A DNA stretch of 64,000 nucleotides. Origin: Obrimoposthia wandeli. Its lineage: Eukaryota. Every line of letters begins with the position of its first letter. Within the stretch, counting starts at the first letter, position 1. This document shows, piece after piece, positions 30,773 through 40,190 of the stretch. The position numbers were made by a program, and so were the translations under genes. The stretch is from positions 62,001-126,000 of the forward strand of contig CDROCS010003917.1 in assembly GCA_977020255.1 (NCBI GenBank), read 5' to 3'. The notes under the pieces are model-generated. The model did no database searches and was not told where the DNA came from. It saw only the letters and a list, made by a program, of their open reading frames with translations.

Positions 30773-31663
30773 ATGGCAATTGCAGAGCATCCATCAGTAC
30801 TGAGCTTACCGCAGGTTAATCCAGGTGTTGCCACAGTACTGGAATATTTGATCATTAAATTTCCCTATATTGATGCTCATATTTGGCGCCAGCGGATCAC
30901 TGATGGCAAGGTGCACTATCACGATGAATCACTGGTAACAGCGCAATCACTCTTTGAGCCCCAGCAGCGTATTTACTATTATAGAGAAGTTGAAAATGAG
31001 CCGAGTATTCCTTTTAAGGAAACGATTATATTCCAAGATGATCATATCCTAGTTGCCTATAAGCCTCATTTTTTACCCGTAACTCCCGGCGGTATTTATG
31101 TGAATGAATGCCTGCAAAATCGCTTACGACGCAGTACCGGCATCAAGGCCTTACAAACGTTGCACCGCTTAGATAGGGTGACAGCTGGCTTGGTCATATT
31201 TTCTATTAACCCAGCTACTCGCCATGATTATCATCAGTTATTTAAAACCCGCCAAATACGTAAAACCTATCAAGCAATTGCCAATATTCGCACCAGTGAA
31301 AACCTGATAGGGCAAGAGTGGGAAGTTAAGAATCGTATCGTGCAGGGTGAACCGCGCTTTCGCATGTGTTTAGCTGAAGGGGAAGCCAACAGCCATTCTG
31401 TGATTCGATGTTTGCAGCAAACTGCCACCAAGGCACTATTTGAATTAAACCCTGTAACTGGTAAAACCCATCAATTACGGGTCCATATGCAAGCGTTAGG
31501 CTGGCCAATACTAAATGATAAATACTACCCGCAACTACAGTCCTTATCAGCTGATAATTATTCAGCTCCTTTACAGTTATTGGCAAAAAAACTTGAGTTT
31601 GTTGATCCAGTAACTCAGGAAGTAAGGTATTTTAGTTATGAGGGTGATTTATCACTGAGTTGA
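30773..31663 (+). CDS. RluA-family pseudouridine synthase
   Basis: HRLDRVTAGL (catalytic Asp), TGKTHQLRVH, LQLLA. Confidence 0.92.
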   Translation: MAIAEHPSVLSLPQVNPGVATVLEYLIIKFPYIDAHIWRQRITDGKVHYHDESLVTAQSLFEPQQRIYYYREVENEPSIPFKETIIFQDDHILVAYKPHFLPVTPGGIYVNECLQNRLRRSTGIKALQTLHRLDRVTAGLVIFSINPATRHDYHQLFKTRQIRKTYQAIANIRTSENLIGQEWEVKNRIVQGEPRFRMCLAEGEANSHSVIRCLQQTATKALFELNPVTGKTHQLRVHMQALGWPILNDKYYPQLQSLSADNYSAPLQLLAKKLEFVDPVTQEVRYFSYEGDLSLS

Positions 31664-31804
31664 AACTATACCGTGCGCGCTAGCATATACTTGAACGTAG
31701 TGGAGAATATGCGGTAGATTAAAACTTATTTTTAAAATGGAGGCTGAGATAGTCGATAGATATAAATTTCGGCCTTAGTAATTGAGTTATTAGTGTCAGC
31801 CTTG

Positions 31805-32587
31805 TTACTTTATATGATCTTCTTCACTATCACCTAATTGTGCAAGTTCAGTGGCTGCTTGTTGCAGCAAAGGTGTAAAAACTAATAAATCTTGTAAACT
31901 TTTACGCATCACCGGTGCATGACAAAAAAGGCAGGCATACAATTGGCCACGCTCATTTAAAATAGGCACCGCACAAGCCACCATCCCTTCGATAAACTCT
32001 TGATCATCAATACCAATACCCGTATCGCCAATCTGTAACAGGGCGCTGTTTAAACTATGTTCGTCGTCTAAGGTGTTACGGGTGAGTTTATGAAGGGCTA
32101 AGTTGCGGCACAAACGGTTGCGCTGTTCAGGGTTTAAAGTACTTAGATAGAGCTTGCCACTTGCTGTGCACCACACGGGTGTAGTGCTGCCAATAGGTAA
32201 ATGTATTTGCAGTGGCCAATTGGTTTGCGCTCTATCGTAGTATTTCATCTGTGTGCCATCTGGCACTGAAATGCCGCAGGTTTCGCCAATTTGCTCGGCG
32301 AGTTTAGTGAGAATTGCTTGGCGCTCAGCACGATAGTGATTACTGTAAAGCACGCCGGTGGCTATTTTCTGCATCCGCGTGCCAGGGATTAAAGCACCTC
32401 GTAAATTAGTTTGCACAAAACCTTCTGCTTCAAGCTGCTGTAACAAACGATGAATACTCGGTTTAGGGATATTTAAAGTAAGCGCTAAATCGCCTGGGCT
32501 AATTGGGCGCTCGGCATTAGCAACGGCTTCCACAATTTCTAACACTCTAGTGATAGAAGAGCCTTTAACTGCCTTTAAATCGGTCAT
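31805..32587 (-). CDS. IclR-family regulator
   Basis: HTH (LNIPKPSIHRLLQQL), WCTASGKLYL, QEFIEGMVACAVPI. Confidence 0.92.
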   Translation of the reverse strand: MTDLKAVKGSSITRVLEIVEAVANAERPISPGDLALTLNIPKPSIHRLLQQLEAEGFVQTNLRGALIPGTRMQKIATGVLYSNHYRAERQAILTKLAEQIGETCGISVPDGTQMKYYDRAQTNWPLQIHLPIGSTTPVWCTASGKLYLSTLNPEQRNRLCRNLALHKLTRNTLDDEHSLNSALLQIGDTGIGIDDQEFIEGMVACAVPILNERGQLYACLFCHAPVMRKSLQDLLVFTPLLQQAATELAQLGDSEEDHIK

Positions 32588-32766
32588 TTATTTCCTCAAG
32601 CCTTATATCAACGAACGAAGTTAGATTCGCTTGATTAAAAAAGGCTATTATAAGAGCAGCTTGCATTGAAGAGAAGGGAATCCCGCACTATCTTGTATAT
32701 ACTCGGCTCTGTATTTACCTGAATAGATGAGCGCTTGATAAATACCATCACTAATTAATACCGTCA

Positions 32767-33924
32767 TTAATAAATACTGCGGTAAATCTCAACCATCTCA
32801 TCAATACTTGCCACACGCGGATTGTTAGCAGGGGAGCCAGAAGCTTGCGCTTGTTCTGCCATGGTTTCTAATAAATCAAAGTACTGGCTGCGCTGTATAC
32901 CAAACTGTTTAGGCGTTGGCACTTGTAGCTCGTCATTTAATGCATACAACTCATCGATGAGTTTCATGCCAGCCACTGTGTCATTGTCGGAAATTTTTGC
33001 AATAGACATCGCCCGTGCGCAATCTGCGTAGCGAGCACTTGCAGACTCAAGCGAAAATCGGGTGACTTCCGGTAATAACATAGCGTTTGATAGGCCATGC
33101 GGTACATGAAAAGCAGCACCGATAGGTCGGCTCATGCCATGTACTAATGCCACTGATGCATTAGAAAATGCAATGCCCGCTAAGGTTGAACCTAGCATCA
33201 TAGCCTCGCGTGCTGCGCAATCTTCTCCATTGTGATAAGCGGTGCGCAAGTTAGGCGCTAGTAATTTGATTGCCCCCAGTGCTTGTACGTCAGTGAAAGG
33301 GCTCGCCTTTTGGCTAACATACGCTTCAATAGCATGTGTTAGTGCATCGATGCCGGTGTCAGCTGTGGTGCGTGCAGGTAAGCTTTGGGTGAGTTTGAAA
33401 TCAATTAAAGCCGCTTGAGGCATAAACCCAACCCCAACACAGAGCATTTTTTCGCTACTTTTCTCATCGGTAATAATCGTTACTTTTGTGACCTCAGATC
33501 CCGTGCCCGCGGTGGTTGGAATCGCAATAACCGGTAAGCCGCGCTCACTTACAATACGTGGAAAACGATAATCACGCATCTCACCGCCAAAACTGGCAAG
33601 AATTGATATAGCTTTGGCGCTATCAATTGGGCTGCCGCCGCCTAGCGCAATAATTGCATCGTAATCACCCGCTTTAGCCATGCTGACTCCCGCTTGAATA
33701 GACGCAACGGTTGGTTCTGGCAAAGTGTCATCAAATATATCTACTTGAAAGCCTTTATCGCTTAAACAGGCGGCTAATGTACTGGCGTAGCCAAGCTTAA
33801 CCATCATCTTGTCAGTAATAATTAATGGCTTACAACAGCCTAGATCGGCCATTACTTCAGGTATATCTTGTTGTGCATTGGCACCAATGCGCAAAATGCG
33901 CGGCAAAATGATTTGAGCAGACAT
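32767..33924 (-). CDS. Iron-containing alcohol dehydrogenase (second)
   Basis: GGGSPIDSAK, PTTAGTGSEVT, DALTHAIEAY, HGMSRP...HG. Confidence 0.93.
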   Translation of the reverse strand: MSAQIILPRILRIGANAQQDIPEVMADLGCCKPLIITDKMMVKLGYASTLAACLSDKGFQVDIFDDTLPEPTVASIQAGVSMAKAGDYDAIIALGGGSPIDSAKAISILASFGGEMRDYRFPRIVSERGLPVIAIPTTAGTGSEVTKVTIITDEKSSEKMLCVGVGFMPQAALIDFKLTQSLPARTTADTGIDALTHAIEAYVSQKASPFTDVQALGAIKLLAPNLRTAYHNGEDCAAREAMMLGSTLAGIAFSNASVALVHGMSRPIGAAFHVPHGLSNAMLLPEVTRFSLESASARYADCARAMSIAKISDNDTVAGMKLIDELYALNDELQVPTPKQFGIQRSQYFDLLETMAEQAQASGSPANNPRVASIDEMVEIYRSIY

Positions 33925-33971
33925 AGTGACCTCTTGATAGCAGAATAAACTCAATTATTTAATTTATAAAA

Positions 33972-33988
33972 TGATACGAAATGTATCA
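33972..33988. promoter_or_regulatory. Candidate operator upstream of ADH/IclR
   Basis: Perfect inverted repeat tgatac-N5-gtatca about 50 bp upstream of the ADH start. Confidence 0.5.
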
Positions 33989-34190
33989 ATATAACAAATA
34001 ATTGATATTGTCAAATTTACTCAAATAAAAATTAGTGGTGTTTGTACTAGCGCTACATCCTCATTTTCTTGATGGAACAGCGGCTATTAGCCATGCTCGG
34101 GGTGAGTTTAGGGTACTGGCAGGCAAGAATAACCAAGGGAGATGGAAATACTAAGAGGTGGTTTTTGAGGAGTGTGGTTAAGATTTAGAA

Positions 34191-34246
34191 AGTAAAAAGT
34201 AAAAAGTAAAAAGTAAAAAGTAAAAAGTAAAAAGTAAAAAGTAAAA
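34191..34246. repeat. Heptanucleotide microsatellite (AGTAAAA)x8
   Basis: Directly counted. Confidence 0.97.
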
Positions 34247-34304
34247 AGAGGGATATTAAATGTTTGATTCACCTGTCGCGGGCACTATAGTTGGAAGGGT
34301 TATT

Positions 34305-35225
34305 TTATGTTTGAATATTGATTGATAAAGATTCAATAAACGCGTGGCCAGCATTAGATAAGCTGCGCTGTCTGTGAACCAGATAACCTATTTGGCGCGC
34401 TAAACTCAACTGCCCTTGCTTTAAATCATCCAGCTTGCTTTCACTAGAAGTCAGTTCTGCTATCGGTAATAAATGTAATGAATCATCTATTAAACTCTCA
34501 GGAAGCACGCTCCAGCCTAACCCAGCGCAGACTAATACTTTAATCGCCTCCAAATAGTTAGAAGGCGTGCTCGCGTTAATTATTAACTGTTGATCATTAA
34601 ATAACTGATCGATGATACGCCGCGTATAACTATTGGTATCGGGAAGTACAGCAGGATACTGGCTCACTAAAGCTAAACTTAAATCTAATTGCTGCGTGAG
34701 AGGGTGCTCGTTGCTGCACACAAATTTCAACTTTTCTAAGTGGATCGGCACAAAGCGCAAATCACTGTCGATAGTGGTGGGTTCTGTAATCACTGCTAAT
34801 TCCAATTTTCCTTGTAAAACTTGGGTGTATGCTTGGCTTGAGTGAATGAAATCTAAAGAAAACGCCACTTGCGGGTAACGCTGCACATAATCCTTAACGG
34901 GCACTTTAAGGTGATGTAAGCCGATATGCTGAGTGGTGGCTACTTTAAACTCGCCACCGACTTGAGATGACAAGTTAGCCACGGCGTTCAAGCCATTTTG
35001 AGCTGCTTGCAATATGCGGTATGCGTGGGGCAAAAACTCTTCACCTGCTTGAGTTAAAAAGATACGCCGCCCGATTCTATCAAATAGCTGGCAGTGTAAA
35101 GAATTCTCTAAAGTTTGTATGCGCTTACTAATGCCAGGTTGGGTTAAATGCAGTTTCTCAGCCGCTTGGGAAAATGAATTTTCTTCAGTTGCGATGACAA
35201 AAGCTTTAATAGCACTAGTGTTCAT
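34305..35225 (-). CDS. LysR-family regulator
   Basis: SFSQAAEKLHLTQPGISKRIQTLE; GLGWSVLP; divergent from astA. Confidence 0.92.
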   Translation of the reverse strand: MNTSAIKAFVIATEENSFSQAAEKLHLTQPGISKRIQTLENSLHCQLFDRIGRRIFLTQAGEEFLPHAYRILQAAQNGLNAVANLSSQVGGEFKVATTQHIGLHHLKVPVKDYVQRYPQVAFSLDFIHSSQAYTQVLQGKLELAVITEPTTIDSDLRFVPIHLEKLKFVCSNEHPLTQQLDLSLALVSQYPAVLPDTNSYTRRIIDQLFNDQQLIINASTPSNYLEAIKVLVCAGLGWSVLPESLIDDSLHLLPIAELTSSESKLDDLKQGQLSLARQIGYLVHRQRSLSNAGHAFIESLSINIQT

Positions 35226-35351
35226 TATTTTGTGTTCTCGTTGAAATTATCAGATAGCTTTTTGTTATCGATGGTATAACAAAATGAATTATTGATTATG
35301 GATAATGCTCACTATAATCGATTTCTTTGAATTTATTAAGAGATAATAATA

Positions 35352-36416
35352 ATGATGATAATTCGCCCGATTAAGCCTGATGACCTGATTGATTTAAAAA
35401 ACATGGCAATCAATGCTGGCATAGGTTTTACCTCGCTTCCCGCCAATGAAGAATTACTTAAGCAAAGAATTGAAGCTGCAGAACAAGCTTTTTTGGCCGC
35501 TGATGACAGCACCTCAAATCAAAGTTATTTATTTGTATTAGAAGATACCAACAATGGCCATATTTGTGGGGTTTGTGGCATAGAGTCAGCATTGGGGCAA
35601 GATACGCCTTGGTATAATTACCATTTAGGCACGTTAGTCCACGCGTCACCTAGTTTAAATGTGTATGGCAAAAGTAGAACACTTACTTTAAGTAATGATC
35701 ACACTGATTGCTCTGAACTATGCACTTTGTTTTTAGATGCCAATTATCGCCACAGTAAAAACGGCAGCTTGTTATCAAAAAGCCGTTTCTTGTTTATCGC
35801 CAATCAGCCACAGCGTTTTAATCGCCGCATTATTGCAGAGATGCGAGGTGTAAGTGATGAGCAAGGTAACTCTCCTTTTTGGGATGGCCTAGGCGCACAC
35901 TTTTTTGCGATGCCTTTTAGCCGCGCCGATTACTTATCAGGTTTGGGTAACAAGGCTTTTATTGCCGAGCTAATGCCAAAACTGCCTATCTACACCAATT
36001 TATTGAAAGAGTCGGTACAAGAAGTGATAGGCCAAGTGCATCAAAACACAGCACCTGCCCTTAATATGTTAGAACAGGAAGGTTTTGCTAACTTAGGCTA
36101 TGTTGATATTTTTGATGGTGGGCCAACCATTGAAGCAGACATCAAACATATTCGTGCCATTACACAAAGCAGGAGTATCAATGTATCAGTGGAATCAACA
36201 GAAATCCCCCCTGCTGTAACTGACGAGAGCAGCATTTACGTAATTTCAAATCAGTCGCTCAACGATTATCGCTGCACTTTAATCACGCTCACCAAACAAC
36301 AAGCTAACGCAACTAACTTAGTGATAAGCCCTGAATATGCTAACGCGCTGAAAGTAGCACAAGGAGATAAATTGAGACTAGTGCCATTAAAAGTTAAGGC
36401 TAATAGCGAGTACTGA
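35352..36416 (+). CDS. astA: Arginine N-succinyltransferase
   Basis: GFTSLPAN, ELCTLFL, LLSKSRFLF, AEMRG, SPFWDGLG, YVDIFDGGP. Confidence 0.92.
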   Translation: MMIIRPIKPDDLIDLKNMAINAGIGFTSLPANEELLKQRIEAAEQAFLAADDSTSNQSYLFVLEDTNNGHICGVCGIESALGQDTPWYNYHLGTLVHASPSLNVYGKSRTLTLSNDHTDCSELCTLFLDANYRHSKNGSLLSKSRFLFIANQPQRFNRRIIAEMRGVSDEQGNSPFWDGLGAHFFAMPFSRADYLSGLGNKAFIAELMPKLPIYTNLLKESVQEVIGQVHQNTAPALNMLEQEGFANLGYVDIFDGGPTIEADIKHIRAITQSRSINVSVESTEIPPAVTDESSIYVISNQSLNDYRCTLITLTKQQANATNLVISPEYANALKVAQGDKLRLVPLKVKANSEY

Positions 36417-36567
36417 ATTCAACGGTGAATACCGGTTCAAAAACACTTTTTAACCATAACTAACATAGAACATAGCGTCGCTATCAATAGTCGTTCTGCC
36501 CAGTGCTCATACGCAGTAGATATGCCCAAATCTCAATACGCCATAATGTTTGAAATAGGATAATTTA

Positions 36568-37533
36568 ATGAACATAGCTGTTCCTTCAGTTTCGCCGTTA
36601 GCGAATGCTTTATTAATGGTTCGCCCGGTCGATTTTGCTTATAACGAACAAACCGCAGTGGATAATCGATTCCAGCACCGCCCTGAAAACGCCAGTTTGA
36701 TTACACAGCAGGCATTAGTAGAATTCGATAATATGCTACTAAATTTGCGTGCTGCAGGCATTGAGGTTCTCGTATTAGAACCTGATCAACAAGCACCTGC
36801 CACTTCACCAACACCAGATGCAGTATTTCCTAATAACTGGTTTTCAACCACTGTGAATGGCAAGCTTATAATTTATCCAATGCACACTGAAAACAGACGC
36901 CGCGAACGGCGAGTGGCAGATTTAGCCAAGCTTCTTGATCAACAAGGATTTTTTATTGATCAGCAACATTGGCTGGCCCCTGCGCAAGAGAGCCAATATA
37001 TTTTAGAAGGGACAGGCGCTGTGGTGATAGATCATCGCAAACAGCATTTATATGCCACTCAATCTGAGCGTTGTCATCCTCAACAACTACACAATTTTGC
37101 CAAAAGCCAAAACTACACTGATACTTTTTTGTTTCAAACCCAAAGCCCAGATGGCAGTCCTATCTATCATACGAATGTAATGATGAGTATTGGCAATACT
37201 TTTGCAGTGATCTGCGCCCAATGCTTTGTCGATCAGCAAGAGTATTTAGCAGTGCGGGATACTTTAGCGAGTGACAGGGAAGTCATTGAAATAAGCTATC
37301 AGCAAATGGCTGCACATTTTTGCGCAAATATATTACAACTTGAAAATGCAGCAGGGGAGCCGGTTATTGTGATGTCGAAGAATGCTTATCAAGGTTTTAA
37401 CGAGCAGCAAAGAGCACAACTTGAACAACATGGAACGCTAGTCGCCAGTGATATCCATACTATCGAAAGTGTCGGTGGCGGCAGCGCACGCTGTATGATT
37501 GCTGAAATATTTTTACCTAAAAATAGTACATAG
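36568..37533 (+). CDS. Amidinotransferase/pentein-family hydrolase (CtlX-like)
   Basis: LMVRPVDF, PDAVFPNNWFS, LEGTG, YHTNVMM, GGGSARCM. Confidence 0.88.
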   Translation: MNIAVPSVSPLANALLMVRPVDFAYNEQTAVDNRFQHRPENASLITQQALVEFDNMLLNLRAAGIEVLVLEPDQQAPATSPTPDAVFPNNWFSTTVNGKLIIYPMHTENRRRERRVADLAKLLDQQGFFIDQQHWLAPAQESQYILEGTGAVVIDHRKQHLYATQSERCHPQQLHNFAKSQNYTDTFLFQTQSPDGSPIYHTNVMMSIGNTFAVICAQCFVDQQEYLAVRDTLASDREVIEISYQQMAAHFCANILQLENAAGEPVIVMSKNAYQGFNEQQRAQLEQHGTLVASDIHTIESVGGGSARCMIAEIFLPKNST

Positions 37534-37639
37534 ACGCAGCTTTTTAGCTTTGCTGTTTATTGGCAAAGCTAGTTTGAATGCTTTAATAACAAATAAGTAT
37601 AGTTAGTGGTATAAAATTGAAAAGTATAAAGAGATAACT

Positions 37640-37979
37640 CTAAATTTAAATTATTTAACGCCACTAACGCACTGGGCTGCATTATAATTTGAGTGGCTAA
37701 ATCATGGCCGACTTGAACCGCAGTCTCATAAGAATAACCGCGCAGTTTAGCTGCTAAAAAGCCCGCATTAAAATAATCACCTGCCGCCGTATTATCAATC
37801 TATCAATAGGCGTTAAGCTTTTAAACGACAGCGTTTTGCTATTATTTCCCTAGAGAGCAGTGCAGCTTTGCGCGCCATTTTAGTTCCTATATCGGCAATC
37901 CTTAAAGCCGAATAATGATTGTGGATAAGTTTGGACATTAACTTCCAGCGTACATTCGCCTAGGGGGAACAACTTTCAT
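37640..37979 (-). pseudogene. Internally deleted PfkB/KdgK-like sugar kinase remnant
   Basis: N-terminal LGECTLEV..FGF followed about 100 bp later by the C-terminal signature IDNTAAGDYFNAGFLAAKLRG. Confidence 0.72.
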
Positions 37980-38193
37980 GCACTCCCCTTTAAATTAGCA
38001 CTATCTTTATATACAGCTGAAGTAGCTTCGAAAGATGGTGATTGTTAGCCGGAATAATCCCGTGTTTTACTGCAGTTTAAGGTACGAGGCATGATGTGAG
38101 CTGTTGATATATAATGTTAATATTGAATTATGTCATTAAATAAAACATGATAGGCGTAGCCGTTAGGTTTTTAAATCAGAAAAGGATAATCTC

Positions 38194-38430
38194 ATGAAGA
38201 CAATGAATTGTAAGCAACTCGGTGGTGCATGTGATAAAGAGTTTCACGGCCATACCTTTGAAGAAATCGTTGAACAGAGCAAAGCGCATGGAATGCAGAT
38301 GTTTCAAAAACAAGATAGTGAACATCTCGAAGCAATGCGTAAAATACAAGAGCTTATGAAAAGCCCAGCAGCAATGACAGAGTGGTTTGAGAGCAAGAAA
38401 AAGGAATTTGAAGCATTGTCAGAAAATTGA
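38194..38430 (+). CDS. DUF1059-like small protein
   Basis: MKTMNCKQLGGACDKEF...SKAHG; RBS aagga. Confidence 0.75.
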   Translation: MKTMNCKQLGGACDKEFHGHTFEEIVEQSKAHGMQMFQKQDSEHLEAMRKIQELMKSPAAMTEWFESKKKEFEALSEN

Positions 38431-38548
38431 GAAGAAAATCATCACAGTTTAGAAAACTAGCAATCAGTTGTTACCCCCTCAAGTTGTTGATCACTATTTT
38501 TTGCTGTTCTTACCAATTGTATTCATACAAATAAGTACCAGGAGTTTC

Positions 38549-38881
38549 ATGGCTGAATATAAAACAATCATTCTTTTTGTTATTACAGCGATAGCTGAGA
38601 TTGTTGGTTGTTATCTACCTTATCTTTGGCTTAAGCAAGACAAGAGCATATTACTGCTAGTTCCAGCTGCTTTAAGCCTCGCATTATTTGCATGGCTACT
38701 CACGCTTCATCCGACTGCAACGGGTCGTGTTTATGCTGCATATGGTGGTGTCTATATTTTTGTTGCGATATTATGGCTTTGGGTAGTTGATGGTGTAAAA
38801 CCCACTATGTGGGATCTTGTTGGAGGCTCTGTTGCATTGCTTGGTATGGCAATAATAATGTTTGCGCCAAAAAATATATAA
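38549..38881 (+). CDS. ynfA: YnfA (UPF0060) SMR-like membrane protein
   Basis: [25 protein letters not shown]; RBS aggag. Confidence 0.93.
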   Translation: MAEYKTIILFVITAIAEIVGCYLPYLWLKQDKSILLLVPAALSLALFAWLLTLHPTATGRVYAAYGGVYIFVAILWLWVVDGVKPTMWDLVGGSVALLGMAIIMFAPKNI

Positions 38882-39018
38882 CAAAAGTTGCCTGCCTTGC
38901 TACACCGTTGTGATGAGCGTTATCACTCTATAAGAAAAATATGATTAGCCCGATAATTATTGGCTTTAACGACCTCACGCTACCAGCGCTAATAGTTAAA
39001 TAAGATAGAGCACCTTAC

Positions 39019-39651
39019 ATGATAGATATTACTGTTTTACCTTTGTTTTTTACCGCTATTTTCTTTCTAGCGATTTCACCGGGCCCTGATTTGGTGTTGA
39101 TTTCAACTTATTCATCTACCAAAGGTTTTAAAGCAGGGCTGATGATCTCTATTGGTGTTTTTGGTGCCGGTATTTTACAAACGCTACTGGTTGCATTTGG
39201 CCTAGGGCAATTGATGCAATCAGTCCCTATGTTTGCGTATGCTATTAAAATTGTCGGTGCGTTATATTTAAGCTATTTAGGGGTGAAGATGTTACTCAGT
39301 TGGTATCGTAACAATTTAATAGATGGCTCAACTAAAACAGCCGCAAACATAGCTAATTTAAATCTTATCAATAAAGGTTTCTTAAATAATTTACTTAACC
39401 CCAAAGCTTTGTTGTTCTTTAGTTTATTTTTACCGCAATTTACGACAGGTAGTGGTTTACTTTCAGTCCAAATCCTAATATTAGGCTGTATGCTAAGTTG
39501 TTTTGCTTTGTTGGCTAATAGTTTGTTTTCTATAACATTTAGCCGGTTTGGTAAGCTGATCGGTGATAAGCTAAATTTAGGACGGCACATAGATGGTTTA
39601 TTGGGTCTTATTTTTTTAGGTTTGGCTACGCGCTTAGCTGCTAGTAAATAA
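39019..39651 (+). CDS. LysE/RhtB-family exporter
   Basis: ISPGPD, NLLNPKALLFF. Confidence 0.9.
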   Translation: MIDITVLPLFFTAIFFLAISPGPDLVLISTYSSTKGFKAGLMISIGVFGAGILQTLLVAFGLGQLMQSVPMFAYAIKIVGALYLSYLGVKMLLSWYRNNLIDGSTKTAANIANLNLINKGFLNNLLNPKALLFFSLFLPQFTTGSGLLSVQILILGCMLSCFALLANSLFSITFSRFGKLIGDKLNLGRHIDGLLGLIFLGLATRLAASK

Positions 39652-39709
39652 CTGAGTAGGCAGTTCATTAAAGAGCTTGCTAGAGAGCTAAGTAAAATGA
39701 GGAAGTTAA

Positions 39710-40045
39710 ATGGCAAACCGTGATTGGTATTGTGAAGATGTTTTATCTGAAAAAATAGTCGTTAATAAAATCTGGGAGGATGATTTAGTACTGGCCTTTG
39801 ATCATCCCCAGCCTCTCGCTGAGATACATGTGGTTGTGATACCTAAAAAGCATATTACCTCGTTGTTATCCCAAGAAGCTAAGGATGGCGCGCTGCTTGT
39901 TTCAATGGTAGAGGCTATTCAGCAGGTGGCGCAGATCAAAGAGCTTGAAGAAGATGGATTCTATGTTCGCGCTAACGCGGTTGCAAAAGGTGTAACACCT
40001 CATATGCATTGGCACATTATTGGCCCTGGAATAGCGGATGCCTGA
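39710..40045 (+). CDS. HIT-family nucleotide-binding protein
   Basis: HVVVIPKKH and PHMHWHII histidine triad. Confidence 0.9.
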   Translation: MANRDWYCEDVLSEKIVVNKIWEDDLVLAFDHPQPLAEIHVVVIPKKHITSLLSQEAKDGALLVSMVEAIQQVAQIKELEEDGFYVRANAVAKGVTPHMHWHIIGPGIADA

Positions 40046-40190
40046 AGTAAGCTAGATAAGAAAAACCTTGGATAGATCTGATTGATAGTCATTGTTTGTG
40101 TAGTAAGGTTCCCCTAGGGTCAGGATAGCTATTTCTAATTGGCGGCAAAATAACTATCATGCAATTAAAGTATTTAGGATCTTAGTGGTT

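Noticed and set aside
31805-33924. IclR plus Fe-ADH as part of a DMSP (ddd) cluster
   Set aside because: No DMSP lyase, BCCT transporter or aldehyde dehydrogenase nearby
38160-38930. attC-like ends (gttaggt before DUF1059; atataac...gcgttat after ynfA)
   Set aside because: Too short, no L boxes or extended palindrome, no integrase or regular array
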